Source of the DNA: a virus | Virus record (IMG/VR): IMGVR_UViG_3300010158_000028 | Span: 64,001-128,000 of that record | Direction: 5' to 3' (one strand) | Length of the DNA stretch: 64,000 bases | Part shown: positions 1 to 9,680 of the stretch, in pieces | How positions within the stretch are numbered: position 1 is the first letter of the stretch | Layout of the letters: each line of letters starts with the position of its first letter | Translations under genes and position numbers: made by a program | The notes under the pieces: generated by a model | Told to the model about the DNA's origin: nothing | Database searches by the model: none | Seen by the model: only the letters and a program-made list of their open reading frames with translations

Positions 1-34
1 AATTGGTACTGCATCCTATAATCAAATCTTTCAT
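1..34 (-). CDS. 5' end of a gene running off the window edge (MKDLIIGCSTN...)
   Basis: ATG at 34 preceded by a GAGGGAG Shine-Dalgarno; frame open to position 1. Confidence 0.55.
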   Translation of the reverse strand, partial: MKDLIIGCSTN

Positions 35-62
35 TATAAACTCCCTCAAAAATTATGTAATA

Positions 63-182
63 TTACTGTCCTGGTGTATCTTTCTGGTAATTCTTTTTCA
101 ACTCATCTGACCCATCTTCACCCGCACCTGCTTTTGATTTAAACTCTTGCTTCTCTTTTATATATTCTTTAAAGGATAACAC
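63..182 (-). CDS. 39-aa peptide MLSFKEYIKEKQEFKSKAGAGEDGSDELKKNYQKDTPGQ, putative internal head peptide
   Basis: Hand-translated and absent from the ORF track; GTG start overlaps the upstream stop; N-terminus resembles the T4 capsid-targeting sequence. Confidence 0.6.
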   Translation of the reverse strand: MLSFKEYIKEKQEFKSKAGAGEDGSDELKKNYQKDTPGQ

Positions 183-1414
183 TATTTGCTCCAATTCTTT
201 GCGGCAGTAAAGTTGTCATGTGAGAATTCTAATCTATCAATTAGTTTAACTGCACCACCTTTAAGTTTATCTACTGCAACAAAACCTTCAGGATTGGATA
301 TCTTGAATCCATCATCGGTACGAATAAATGTACCTGCAACTTGTTTAATCTCTCTTAACTTACGAACAATCATATTCTTTGCATCAACTAGTTTGTTCTG
401 TAAATCAAATATTAATTTTAATTGTGCAATATTGGAACGATAGAATCTAAGCACCTCATTCTTCTCTGCAATCTTTCTTGTTTTAGTCTTTTCTAACTTT
501 GCGGCAAGAATTTCTTTATTCTGTCTATCTTCTACCCATTTAATTAAATCTCTAGTATGTTGTGTTGTGTTTTTTATTTCTTGACCTTCACGAACTTTAG
601 TATTATTAAATGTTTTGATTTGCATTAAGAATGTTTCACTGGTAGATATTCTATTCAATGTCAATGAATTAATTTGACTGAGTATTCTTTGTGCTTCAGA
701 TATATGTCCTGCTAATTCTAATGATTCTTGTTTAGTAAATGTTGCAGTACCAGAAGCATCAATGAAAGATGCATCACGATACCAAACATCTTTAGATGCC
801 TTTAAGTTACCAATATCAATATTGAAAGATGATTTCATATCTGCTAGTGTATCACCACCAGAATATGCAGTATGAAATACAATTCCCATCTGTGATGCAA
901 GAACTGTCTTTGCTAATTTAGAATCTTCAGGTATTGCATAGACTAAAGTATTAGGTTGAAATGTAATATACTTTTCACCATTGATAGTTTCTTTTTTGAT
1001 ATCATCTTTGGTAAACATCATATCACCTTGAAGAATACCATCAATGTTTAATTTCTTGAGGTATTTCAATGCAATCTTTAATTTTATATTGAGACCTTCA
1101 CCCGGATGATTTTTATCTATATCTGCATTTGTATAGTTTAGTTTAGGATTGTTTGCGAATACACCTTTAGTACCAACAAAGAACTTATTGTTTTCTGGAT
1201 TGACACCACAGATGATTGCGGGTGCACCATCCCATTTAGTAGTTACATTCACTTTACTTTCTGAACTACTAGCAAGCATATCTTTAAGAGAACGAAGAAA
1301 GTTAATGGCTGCTTTAGAACCAGCAACACCATTATTTAATACTTCATCTTCTAAATGTTCTAGGTGAACATTTTTACCTTCTTTTGATTCGTTTATAAAT
1401 TCTATGAATTTCAT
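182..1414 (-). CDS. Conserved T4-like phage protein (DUF6267-like) with ligase/nucleotidyltransferase-like motifs
   Basis: Likely start MKFIEFINE at 1414; motifs HLEHLED, TKWDGAPA, LQGD, PEGFVAVD, VKLIDR. Confidence 0.65.
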   Translation of the reverse strand: MKFIEFINESKEGKNVHLEHLEDEVLNNGVAGSKAAINFLRSLKDMLASSSESKVNVTTKWDGAPAIICGVNPENNKFFVGTKGVFANNPKLNYTNADIDKNHPGEGLNIKLKIALKYLKKLNIDGILQGDMMFTKDDIKKETINGEKYITFQPNTLVYAIPEDSKLAKTVLASQMGIVFHTAYSGGDTLADMKSSFNIDIGNLKASKDVWYRDASFIDASGTATFTKQESLELAGHISEAQRILSQINSLTLNRISTSETFLMQIKTFNNTKVREGQEIKNTTQHTRDLIKWVEDRQNKEILAAKLEKTKTRKIAEKNEVLRFYRSNIAQLKLIFDLQNKLVDAKNMIVRKLREIKQVAGTFIRTDDGFKISNPEGFVAVDKLKGGAVKLIDRLEFSHDNFTAAKNWSK

Positions 1415-1416
1415 TT

Positions 1417-2697
1417 TTATTCTACTTTTACAAAAGGACCAGATAAATCGGATGATGATGATGCATACGAAATACATTCTGTAACAAAATCATCTTGAAC
1501 TTTTTTAGTTACAATTATATTAATTAATTGACAACCTAAAAATTTACTGAAACACCAAGAGACACCTTTTTCATTACATTGTTTTATAAAATCTTTAATT
1601 GAAAGATTATTATCTCTAGAATATTTTTTATAATTGTTGTAAAACTCTTCATATATTTTCATATCTATTTTTTCTAAACCAGAACGTAATACTTTAATAT
1701 CCATTAATTGTGGTAATTTCATTTTTCTCAATATACCTTGAATTGGTCCATATGATAATTTACCTTGATTTGCATTTTTACCTTTTATCTCACCTTGAAA
1801 TGTTTCTGGAAAAGTTCTAAATTGTATTTTTCCATCTACTGTAAAATATATGTATACATCTTTTCCACCAAAGAAACTTTGAGTGCCTGTGGTGTAACTT
1901 TCAAATTTTATAACTTTCTTTTTACTACCCACATTATAATATGAAAGATGAGCCGAACCTTTCATTAATTTTAAAGACACACCAATAATATCTTTTGATT
2001 TTATATTCTGTAACATTATATTATTTAATTCTACCATATTTGTTGCTTTAGTGATATCTATTCTCTCACCTTTTGGAGAAACCATATAGATATCAGCTGG
2101 ACTCCATTTGTTTATATTTGAAAATATTTTTTCTTGTTGATTTAATTTTTTCCAATGATCTTGTAATTTATTTACCCAATTAGAACCTCGATGAAAAGTA
2201 TATTGTTTTCCTTTAAATTCTTTATACAACTCTTCTGCACCTAATATGGAAGAACTTCTCCAATCTGCAGTTAATTTATTTTCAATGTTTGAAAGTGATT
2301 CATCAGTATCAGATTTAGAATAAGCTTTCTTAATGTCATCTCTGTTATAACTTTTTGACGCTGCCCATTTTGCTTGAGCATACACTGCTTGAGCAGATTC
2401 TCCTAATTTAGTAACATCAGCGCCAGCACCAGAACCACCTCCACCACCAAATTCTTTGTTTTTCTTTAAATCCGTTAATTTGTATGTTGCAACAAGTTTT
2501 TTACCTTTAGAAACAATAAGTATTGTTCCTTTTAAATCTTTCTTACCTTGAATTTTTTTAATTAACTGATTGTCAATATCAAACACAACTTTACTACCAT
2601 CATTCAATTCAAAAAGTTCCTCATTTGTCATTTTGAAAACAAAAAGTTCTCTTCTAGAATCATATTTGTATAATTCGGATTGAGATAAAGATGACAT
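1417..2697 (-). CDS. Hypothetical protein with a PD-(D/E)xK-like nuclease motif
   Basis: KWSPADIY...IIGVSLK pattern; GGAG SD and a late promoter upstream. Confidence 0.5.
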   Translation of the reverse strand: MSSLSQSELYKYDSRRELFVFKMTNEELFELNDGSKVVFDIDNQLIKKIQGKKDLKGTILIVSKGKKLVATYKLTDLKKNKEFGGGGGSGAGADVTKLGESAQAVYAQAKWAASKSYNRDDIKKAYSKSDTDESLSNIENKLTADWRSSSILGAEELYKEFKGKQYTFHRGSNWVNKLQDHWKKLNQQEKIFSNINKWSPADIYMVSPKGERIDITKATNMVELNNIMLQNIKSKDIIGVSLKLMKGSAHLSYYNVGSKKKVIKFESYTTGTQSFFGGKDVYIYFTVDGKIQFRTFPETFQGEIKGKNANQGKLSYGPIQGILRKMKLPQLMDIKVLRSGLEKIDMKIYEEFYNNYKKYSRDNNLSIKDFIKQCNEKGVSWCFSKFLGCQLINIIVTKKVQDDFVTECISYASSSSDLSGPFVKVE

Positions 2698-2720
2698 TTA
2701 AATACTCCAGTGTTTTAGAG

Positions 2721-2728
2721 TATTTATA
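2721..2728 (-). promoter_or_regulatory. T4-type late promoter TATAAATA
   Basis: Exact consensus in the intergenic gap upstream of 2697. Confidence 0.75.
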
Positions 2729-2737
2729 ATAACATTA

Positions 2738-3853
2738 TTACCTTATAATGTCAATATCTTTCTTGCTTGTCCACACTTCAATCTCAGTTCGTATTCTAGA
2801 CTCTTGTTTTAGAGTGTTGAAACGATTAGTTGCTTTCTTTTTCCACCATTCTACTATGTTCTTCATGTGATGTTTCTCATAATTCTCATCATATTCATAC
2901 TTATCAGTCTTACCTAAGACCATATCTTTGTAATTCTTAATACCATAATTACAGTAATAATATCGCTTCTTCTCAGTTAATAACTTTGCTTTATCAATGA
3001 TTGTCATAAACATGTTATAAGAATCTTTATGACTCTTCAATGATGATTTAGTGATTGAAACTATGGCAGAACTAATTCTCAATTTTCTATTGGATGCATC
3101 TTCTGGAACAAAAGGACCACCATTTATATTTTCTAGATAGTCTCTTAAATCTTCATATGGTTTACCATGCATCATTGGTAAAAAATCAGACTCAGTTATA
3201 CCACCAAATCTAAGATAAGGTTTCATTCCATCATATTGTGAAACTGATTTCGTTGTTCCATATAAACTCGTAGTTTCAAATAGACAAGTATTCATTCCAT
3301 ATTTCTTGTCCATTATATCACGAATCTCATGTGAACAGCAAATTGCTGCTAAAAGTTTACCACCTAGATAATTATATCCAAATGGTTGAGCAGGAACAAT
3401 GACAAATCCCATTGCACATGCTTTATTAAATGATTTAGTGGTTTCTGTTTCATTAGTGATTACACATTCCAATAAATTATTACGAGGTTTCATCATTATA
3501 GTAGGTGAGCCAAGTCTTATAAATCCTACCCATTTACCAGAATTTTTTTCTTTAACTGCTAATTTAACATTTCTACCAGGACTCTCATTATTAATATGGG
3601 ATGATATGATATTGAGATATTGTTGCCAAGTTGAACCAGGCAATTCAACTATCTGAAATTCCATATCTTCTGGTAACATACTAAAATCAGAAAACAAATC
3701 TTCTTCAAGTCCACATCCAGGTAAACTAGTAGGTAGTTCCATCAAAGAATTTAATTTTTGATCTCGCATGTATTCGTCAATGCGATTAAAATTGCCAAAG
3801 TAATCTTCATATACTTTAGCAACGTGTAATGCTTGTTCATGATTTAATATCAT
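2738..3853 (-). CDS. DUF4338 (DruA-like) family protein
   Basis: SPGRNVKLAVKEKNSGKWVGFIRLGS, VPAQPFGYNYLGGKLLA and FETTSLYG motifs. Confidence 0.6.
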   Translation of the reverse strand: MILNHEQALHVAKVYEDYFGNFNRIDEYMRDQKLNSLMELPTSLPGCGLEEDLFSDFSMLPEDMEFQIVELPGSTWQQYLNIISSHINNESPGRNVKLAVKEKNSGKWVGFIRLGSPTIMMKPRNNLLECVITNETETTKSFNKACAMGFVIVPAQPFGYNYLGGKLLAAICCSHEIRDIMDKKYGMNTCLFETTSLYGTTKSVSQYDGMKPYLRFGGITESDFLPMMHGKPYEDLRDYLENINGGPFVPEDASNRKLRISSAIVSITKSSLKSHKDSYNMFMTIIDKAKLLTEKKRYYYCNYGIKNYKDMVLGKTDKYEYDENYEKHHMKNIVEWWKKKATNRFNTLKQESRIRTEIEVWTSKKDIDIIR

Positions 3854-5247
3854 ACTTTAAGACCACCAAACCTCTGTTTGAAATTGTGTCTTGAATTAGA
3901 ATCAAACTTATTAATTGGTGGATCATCTTGACCAGAATCAGATAGTTGTTGTGCATTAGATTCAACATCATATAGTCTCATCTTTGCTTTATCTACACCA
4001 ACAACAAACTTCTTATTAGTACCAGGGTCACCATATCGATTCTTCAATTGTTTTACCATAATCTGATTCAACTGTTCTAATTCTTCAGTTGATATCAATG
4101 CAAACATAAAGTCTGCAGTTGCAGGTAAACCAAAACTCTCACTTGTATCAGTCAAATCTACATCACTATTACTAAAACCACTTCTTGTTGTTTGTGTTGC
4201 AGATACAATAGGCACATTAAACTCTACTGCAAGTCCTCTTAACTCTTCTGCAATAGCTTTAATATACGTATAAGAATTAACAGATGAACCCATCTTCATT
4301 CTTGATGAACAACAGATATTCAAATAATCAATAAAGATAATATCTGGAAAGAAACTCTTCTTCAATCTCAACTCATTCAATAAAGACCTAAAGTGTCCAG
4401 CATGTGCAGATGCAGTTGGATATTCTTTAATGATTAATTTGCCTTGAGTCTTGTTTCTCAATACAGAAAACTTTCTTTCATAATCATCTTTAGAGATTAC
4501 ATGCAATTCATCCATCGTTACATTCAATAGATTAGCATCAATTCGTTCTGCAATCTTTTCTTCTGCCATTTCCATAGTGATATACAAAACATTATTACCT
4601 TGAGATATACATGCAGAGGACATATGACACATAAACAAAGATTTACCTACACCAGTACCAGCAAGTGCAATGTTCAATGTCTTTTGTGGCAAACCACCTT
4701 TAGTAATCTTATTAAAGTATTCAAGATCAAACTTAATCTTTTGTTCTTTCCGATGATAGAAATCAAATCGTGAATCGGCATCATTGATATAATCATGACC
4801 GACATGTGAATCAAACGATACACCTAGTGCATTGGATAATAACTCAGGTATTTGTCCTTTACTTAATGTTTTAGATTTGTTATCTAGAATCTGGACTGAT
4901 TCCATGATTGCATTATAGATTGCTTTATCTTGGCAAAACTTTTCAGTTTGTTCAATCAACCAATCTGTAGGTGTTACTTCTTCTTTTGATTGTTGAATAT
5001 CATTAAGAAGTTCTAGTGCAGATTTAACTTGTTCTTCGGTAAGTGTTTTCTTTTCAGTAAAGTTAATTACTAGTGCTTCATAGGTAGGAAGATTCTTATA
5101 CTTGTTTACATAATCATGTATTTCTTTGAATACATTCTTTTCATTGTTATCTGAGAAATAGTCATGGAATATAAATGGTAATACTTTTCTTGTATAGTCC
5201 TCGTTATAAACTAAATTCTTCAGTATTGTTTGTTCTAGTCTGTTCAT
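3850..5247 (-). CDS. gp41: Replicative DNA helicase (T4 gp41-like)
   Basis: Walker A LAGTGVGKS, IFIDYLNIC, SATQTTR, SESFGLPATAD, QLKNRY. Confidence 0.96.
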   Translation of the reverse strand: MNRLEQTILKNLVYNEDYTRKVLPFIFHDYFSDNNEKNVFKEIHDYVNKYKNLPTYEALVINFTEKKTLTEEQVKSALELLNDIQQSKEEVTPTDWLIEQTEKFCQDKAIYNAIMESVQILDNKSKTLSKGQIPELLSNALGVSFDSHVGHDYINDADSRFDFYHRKEQKIKFDLEYFNKITKGGLPQKTLNIALAGTGVGKSLFMCHMSSACISQGNNVLYITMEMAEEKIAERIDANLLNVTMDELHVISKDDYERKFSVLRNKTQGKLIIKEYPTASAHAGHFRSLLNELRLKKSFFPDIIFIDYLNICCSSRMKMGSSVNSYTYIKAIAEELRGLAVEFNVPIVSATQTTRSGFSNSDVDLTDTSESFGLPATADFMFALISTEELEQLNQIMVKQLKNRYGDPGTNKKFVVGVDKAKMRLYDVESNAQQLSDSGQDDPPINKFDSNSRHNFKQRFGGLKV

Positions 5248-5551
5248 TTGTTTCCAATAGTTCTGTTAGTATGTCACCCATAATTATAACAAAATTCTGA
5301 TCATTACGCAAGGTTTCTTCGTCATGATTACCAGAATATTCTATACCATAGGTAAACTTTAATCTTGCGAAAGTACCTTCTTCTACAACTTGTGCCGTCT
5401 TATAATAATAAATCACTCCCTGATATACACCCTTTAACAGATGTATACCAGTGAGATCAGAATCGGGAAAGTTATAGAGTTGGTAATCAATACCTTCTTT
5501 AGGCTTCTTCGGTTTTTTCCAGAACAGGAGTCGGTCCCATAATGTTGCCAT
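5204..5551 (-). CDS. Hypothetical protein at the syntenic position of T4 gp40
   Basis: Lies between uvsX and gp41 and overlaps both; likely start MATLW. Confidence 0.5.
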   Translation of the reverse strand: MATLWDRLLFWKKPKKPKEGIDYQLYNFPDSDLTGIHLLKGVYQGVIYYYKTAQVVEEGTFARLKFTYGIEYSGNHDEETLRNDQNFVIIMGDILTELLETNEQTRTNNTEEFSL

Positions 5552-6554
5552 ATGCAATCCCATATTTTTGTTTTACAAATTCTCTGAATTTTTTATGAGA
5601 TAAAATATCATCCCAAAACTCTGCATTTTGTGTTGCTGCCAATCTATGTTTATCACCAACTTCACCAGTTTCATGATTGACTTTTGCATACCAACCATTA
5701 GAAGGTTTTGTTACGTGACCACTTTCAAGTGCAATATCAAGGAGACCAGACCAACGACTGATACCACCATCAAAAGATACATTAATTGGAATTTTAGATT
5801 TTTCTTTGACATATCTACTTTTCTCTACGTTAATAATAAAATTGTACCCAATTACTTCAGTTCCTTCTTTTTCTTGCTGACGACCAATGATGTATATATT
5901 GTCGGCAGAATAATATGAACCTGTACCACCACCAACAATATCTTTAGGAAACAAACCAATCTCTTTGTAAGTATGATTAACGACAACCATTGGAATATCT
6001 TTTAGATTTAAATGTGGTGTAATCATTCTAAACAAACTCTTAACTTGTTTTGCACGACTCATATCTGCAACTGATTTACCTTCAAGTGCATCTTCAACTT
6101 CTTTCTTTGATGCAAGATTACCAATCGAATCTAATATGATGATTAGTTTATCACCACGATTTATATCTTGTAACTGTTGCATAATATTAAACTTCAATTG
6201 TTCAATATCAGTTAAAGGTGTATGTAATACTCTTGATTGGTCAATCTCAAATGTTTCAAAGTATTTAATTGGAGTACCAAACTCTGAATCATAGAACAAC
6301 AATACTGCTTCTGGATACTTGTCCATGTATGCTTTTGCCATCAATAGACTAAATGCAGTCTTAAAATGTTTTGATGGACCTGCCCACATAGTAAGACCAG
6401 GAATTAAACCACCATCAAGTGAACCAGATAATGCTACATTAATCATTGGTACTCTTGTTGGTACAAAATCTTTTTCAGTAAAGAATTTTGATTTGTCTAG
6501 AATAGCACTATCTTTAATTGTGGTATTCTTTTTTAATTTATCAAGTAAACTCAT
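5499..6554 (-). CDS. uvsX: RecA-like recombinase UvsX
   Basis: AGPSKHFKT, YDSEFG, DSIGNLASKKE, VGGGTG motifs. Confidence 0.97.
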   Translation of the reverse strand: MSLLDKLKKNTTIKDSAILDKSKFFTEKDFVPTRVPMINVALSGSLDGGLIPGLTMWAGPSKHFKTAFSLLMAKAYMDKYPEAVLLFYDSEFGTPIKYFETFEIDQSRVLHTPLTDIEQLKFNIMQQLQDINRGDKLIIILDSIGNLASKKEVEDALEGKSVADMSRAKQVKSLFRMITPHLNLKDIPMVVVNHTYKEIGLFPKDIVGGGTGSYYSADNIYIIGRQQEKEGTEVIGYNFIINVEKSRYVKEKSKIPINVSFDGGISRWSGLLDIALESGHVTKPSNGWYAKVNHETGEVGDKHRLAATQNAEFWDDILSHKKFREFVKQKYGIAYGNIMGPTPVLEKTEEA

Positions 6555-6565
6555 ATCATCCTCAT

Positions 6566-9100
6566 TTATAAAAAGAAACTATCAAGTGAATTTGTTTTTT
6601 CTGCTTCCCAGTTAAGGCAATTCAAAATAATCTTAACGGGATCTAGGTATGCTTTTTCAAATTGTGTGTCATAATCTATGTAGTTGTCCAACTTGAATTC
6701 TGACGGCAATCTTGATGGATAAGATATAACAGTATCTTTAAATGGATTAGGTTGTTTAAGATAGGTAAACTTTATCTTCTCACCTTCTTGTATTAATGGA
6801 TACTTCTTTGTTAAACCAAACTTCTCTAGATTATGATTATAGATTATTGCACCTTTAACATGAATTGGTGTACCTTTCTTATACATCGTAGTTTTATCAG
6901 AATAATCTTTAAGACCATTCATACCTCTTGGAAAAGATATTTCTTCAGGTGGTAATAATTTGAAATCTTTTCTAAATTGAGCAATGAAATCTTGCACATC
7001 TGATTCAGTACCATTAATCATTAGTTTAATAGTATCAGACATTTTACCACGGATAGATTGAGGTGTTGAAGATTTAACCATTTCAAGTCCCATAACTTTC
7101 ATGTGAGGTTCATTATACTGAACACCCTCATTATTATAGACATTCATAATATATCTTTTCTTTGCAGTCCAGATACCTTTGTTTGCAAGTGCTTCACGTT
7201 TCATTTGCATTTTTTGTTCGAAGGCGTGGACATAATCAGCAAGCTCTTTATAACTTTCATCAATAAAAGGTTGTATCTTATCTTCACAGACACGGTCCAT
7301 GAAGGCAATGACATTCTTAATATCACTTGTTTCAGGATGCACTTTCTCAACAAGCTCACTAAGACGGAGATATATCGAATCTGTATCCGAAGCAATAACA
7401 TAATCTTTATCCGTTTTCAAAAGTTTATTCATGTATTGATTTAACTTGTTCTCAATCCATCTTATACTTAGTTGACCTGCAGATGTAACTCCTAATGCCA
7501 TCCGTAGGTCATAAAAACGAAAATACTGACTTCCCAAAGCACCATATGCTGAATTGAGACCAACTTTCTTAGCCAGTTGTAGATTGTTGTATCTTGCAAT
7601 TTGTTTTTCAATTTCGTATTTTTTAGATTCATCTTTTTCATTCTCATAATCTTGTTGGGCTTTCAACATCATATTCTTAAACTTCTTTCTATCCTCATAC
7701 ATATCTTGCAACATATTAGGTAAGAAACCACGAATCTTTGTATTAAAGAATTGACCATTAGGCGTTAGTGTTACGCCTTCAATATCAGTCAAATCAATTT
7801 CTTTATTCAACATCTTATTGACAGTTACACCTTTAGATATAACATCTTGCATTTTTAAAGTATAATCTTTAGGATCAATTACTGTTTCAGGTGAAATGTT
7901 AAATTGCATCATCAAATGTGGATAGAGTGAATTCAAGTCAAATGATGCAACCCATTCATGCATACCAACCTGTGGGTCTTTAACATATGCACCTTCAAAT
8001 CTTCCATCTTTACTTGTATGTAGATTGGGTGGAACAATAATATCTCTATTCAATAGATAACCATATGTCATTGCATCCCACATACGAGTCTGTGCAAAGA
8101 TATCACTATAATTTGTTTTAGTATCATATGCAATAGTAAGACCCAATTCAATTAACTTTAATTTGTCTTCCAGTTTAAGAATCAAATCAACGTCTTTGAT
8201 GTTATACTCAATAAACTTTTGATAGTTTAACCGATATAGTTGATGTAGATTTTCAAATTCATCATATGATATCTTACCTTCACCCAATTCAACCTGTGCA
8301 ATATTATCTAAACGATATGACTCTTGTGATTTACCACCAGGTGCATACCATCTATACAATTCAATATAATCAAGTATTGCAACACCACTAATCTCATATG
8401 CAACATTCTTTTTATTCATTGCATATACTTCACGTTCATTAATCATGTACCATGGTGATAGTTTTCTATCAGTATCATCACCAAGTATTTTTCTAAATCT
8501 ATTAACAAGATATGGGATATCAAAGAATTTAATATTCCAACCAGTTACAACATCGGGATAATTTACTTGCCAATCTTCAAGAAATGTTTTACATAAAGTG
8601 TATTCATCACGACACTTAATATATTTTACATTCTCATCATTATTGATGTAATTACCACAACCATATACTTTACTTTTACCACCAATGTATTTAATACAAA
8701 TTGCGGTGATAGGTTCAGATGCAATATATGGATCAGGAAATCCATTCTCTGATCCAACTTCAATATCAATAACAGCAATCTTTATCTTATCTTGATCCCA
8801 TTCAATATCACCTTTGAAATTCTCTGCAATGAAAGCATATTCAAATCGTGAGTTACCATATACTTTGAAATTTTCTACTTGTTCGTAATTCTTAATGAAA
8901 TCACGAGCATCTTTCATTGTCTCAAATTTTAAAGGTTCAAGTGTCTCACCGTTGAGTGATTTAAATTTAGTTTGTTTATTAGATTGTAAATACAAAGTAG
9001 GAGTATATGCTACTTTGAGACATACACTCCTACCATTCTTTACACCACGATACAGGATGTTGTTGCCAACAGCCAATACACTAGTATAAAAATCTGCCAT
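6566..9100 (-). CDS. gp43: Family B DNA polymerase
   Basis: DIEV exonuclease motif, SFDLNSLYP, KVGLNSAYG, ASDTDSIY. Confidence 0.98.
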   Translation of the reverse strand: MADFYTSVLAVGNNILYRGVKNGRSVCLKVAYTPTLYLQSNKQTKFKSLNGETLEPLKFETMKDARDFIKNYEQVENFKVYGNSRFEYAFIAENFKGDIEWDQDKIKIAVIDIEVGSENGFPDPYIASEPITAICIKYIGGKSKVYGCGNYINNDENVKYIKCRDEYTLCKTFLEDWQVNYPDVVTGWNIKFFDIPYLVNRFRKILGDDTDRKLSPWYMINEREVYAMNKKNVAYEISGVAILDYIELYRWYAPGGKSQESYRLDNIAQVELGEGKISYDEFENLHQLYRLNYQKFIEYNIKDVDLILKLEDKLKLIELGLTIAYDTKTNYSDIFAQTRMWDAMTYGYLLNRDIIVPPNLHTSKDGRFEGAYVKDPQVGMHEWVASFDLNSLYPHLMMQFNISPETVIDPKDYTLKMQDVISKGVTVNKMLNKEIDLTDIEGVTLTPNGQFFNTKIRGFLPNMLQDMYEDRKKFKNMMLKAQQDYENEKDESKKYEIEKQIARYNNLQLAKKVGLNSAYGALGSQYFRFYDLRMALGVTSAGQLSIRWIENKLNQYMNKLLKTDKDYVIASDTDSIYLRLSELVEKVHPETSDIKNVIAFMDRVCEDKIQPFIDESYKELADYVHAFEQKMQMKREALANKGIWTAKKRYIMNVYNNEGVQYNEPHMKVMGLEMVKSSTPQSIRGKMSDTIKLMINGTESDVQDFIAQFRKDFKLLPPEEISFPRGMNGLKDYSDKTTMYKKGTPIHVKGAIIYNHNLEKFGLTKKYPLIQEGEKIKFTYLKQPNPFKDTVISYPSRLPSEFKLDNYIDYDTQFEKAYLDPVKIILNCLNWEAEKTNSLDSFFL

Positions 9101-9399
9101 TATAATTTAAGAATACTTGGATCTGCGATTTGAATTCCTGAACCAAAATACTTATTATAAGCATTTAGAAGTTCGGTTGCAGGTGTTGCTAAAGTTAGAA
9201 AATTTTGATTGTCAATTATAATACCTGTATCAAACTCTTGTGCATAAAGTAAGAAAGGTGAGAACCCAATCATAGCTTCGCCACTAGGAGAATTTTGCAT
9301 AACAATTGCTGCAGGTTTAATAATCTTAATATAACTTGTACCTATTTCAGTTTCAGCAATCAAGTTCATACTGTTTTTCAATGCAATAATTTTAATCAT
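9100..9399 (-). CDS. Hypothetical protein
   Basis: 99-aa ORF coupled to gp43. Confidence 0.7.
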   Translation of the reverse strand: MIKIIALKNSMNLIAETEIGTSYIKIIKPAAIVMQNSPSGEAMIGFSPFLLYAQEFDTGIIIDNQNFLTLATPATELLNAYNKYFGSGIQIADPSILKL

Positions 9400-9622
9400 A
9401 TACTTGTACCTTATAGGAAGGATCCAATACTGCTAATGTGACCCATTTTTTTGGAAACAACATCTCACGACCACGAAAATCGTTCATGCTATAGTTAGGA
9501 TCGTCAACTAGACCAACCAATTCAACCTTATCATCAAAATCACGATAATGAAGATCATACTTAATTGCTTTAGTCAAATTCTCTTTGATTGCAATTGTTT
9601 TTGCCAATGTTCTAATATTCAT
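9392..9622 (-). CDS. Hypothetical protein
   Basis: 76-aa ORF directly downstream of a consensus sigma70 promoter. Confidence 0.65.
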   Translation of the reverse strand: MNIRTLAKTIAIKENLTKAIKYDLHYRDFDDKVELVGLVDDPNYSMNDFRGREMLFPKKWVTLAVLDPSYKVQVYD

Positions 9623-9651
9623 AAATTTTATTTCTAAATGTTTAAAATACT

Positions 9652-9680
9652 ATTATATAACGAATAGGTCTGTATGTCAA
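9652..9680 (-). promoter_or_regulatory. Sigma70-type early promoter driving the gp43 operon
   Basis: TTGACA-17 nt-TATAAT, exact. Confidence 0.85.
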
